From: a virus
Taxonomy: Duplodnaviria > Caudoviricetes
Strand: one strand, 5' to 3'
Length of the DNA: 56,261 bases
Virus record (IMG/VR): IMGVR_UViG_3300012953_006616
Span: 1-56,261 of that record
Shown here: piece by piece, positions 55,973-56,261 of the stretch
Layout: every line of letters begins with the position of its first letter
How positions within the stretch are numbered: position 1 is the stretch's first letter
Notes under the pieces: generated by a model
The model's input: the letters and a program-made list of their open reading frames with translations, nothing else
Database searches by the model: none
What the model was told of the DNA's origin: nothing
Translations under genes and position numbers: made by a program

Positions 55973-56170
55973 TTATTTTGCATTACATTCATTTTTATGA
56001 TGAGAAGAGTCTATGCATGCTCCAGCTATCATTAGGGAGCCAGCAAATAAACTTAGTGTTGCACTCATGTAAGCTTCTTCATAAAGATTTACAAGTGTTT
56101 CAATAATGTGAATTGAGCCATGTATTCCAAGGGCCCAGCGTATAAATTTGTGAATTATAGATTGTGACAT
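55973..56170 (-). CDS. Small membrane protein
   Basis: 65-aa hydrophobic ORF. Confidence 0.5.
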   Translation of the reverse strand: MSQSIIHKFIRWALGIHGSIHIIETLVNLYEEAYMSATLSLFAGSLMIAGACIDSSHHKNECNAK

Positions 56171-56185
56171 GTTTTTCCATATAAA

Positions 56186-56261
56186 TGGTGGAGACGGCGG
56201 GAATCGAACCCGCGTCCATAATAATTTTGATTATAGTCGTTTACAAGCTTAGTCAGTTTTC
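56186..56261 (-). ncRNA. ssrA: tmRNA, 3' end (truncated by the window edge)
   Basis: CTGACTAAGCTTGTAAAC...GGACGCGGGTTCGATTCCCGCCGTCTCCACCA: Ala-type 3' end and T-arm with no anticodon arm. Confidence 0.85.

Noticed and set aside
1-56261. Alternative genetic code (stop-codon reassignment)
   Set aside because: Conserved genes are full length under the standard code, TAA, TAG and TGA all end genes, and no suppressor tRNA was found.

Overview
AT-rich, gene-dense segment with almost all genes on the minus strand and standard genetic code. It reads as part of a large (jumbo-type) dsDNA bacteriophage genome. It carries replication and recombination genes (primase-helicase, RecA, SSB, RNase H, Cas4-like nuclease, resolvase-like endonuclease) and nucleotide or nitrogen metabolism genes (class II RNR, ThyX, PurA, IMPDH/GuaC, GSII, deaminase). 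It also carries translation-related genes (6 tRNAs, tmRNA 3' end, TilS, peptide deformylase), PhoH, a probable endolysin and a few putative virion genes. The main highlights are as follows. (1) An apparently complete ubiquitin-like conjugation cluster: a large E2-like protein, a JAMM peptidase with an A9 slippage extension, a ThiF/E1 enzyme and a Ubl ending KG-N. (2) A Lon-type AAA+ ATPase that lacks its protease domain and ends in IGF, in a window that also encodes ClpP. (3) A DnaE polymerase broken into three genes; one junction carries a cyanobacterial-type split intein and the other has no intein. (4) A tRNA(GTT) with a long variable arm, in addition to a normal tRNA-Asn. (5) Two unexplained structured intergenic RNA candidates. 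(6) A plant-Whirly-like protein. All calls come from reading motifs by eye; no database searches were run.
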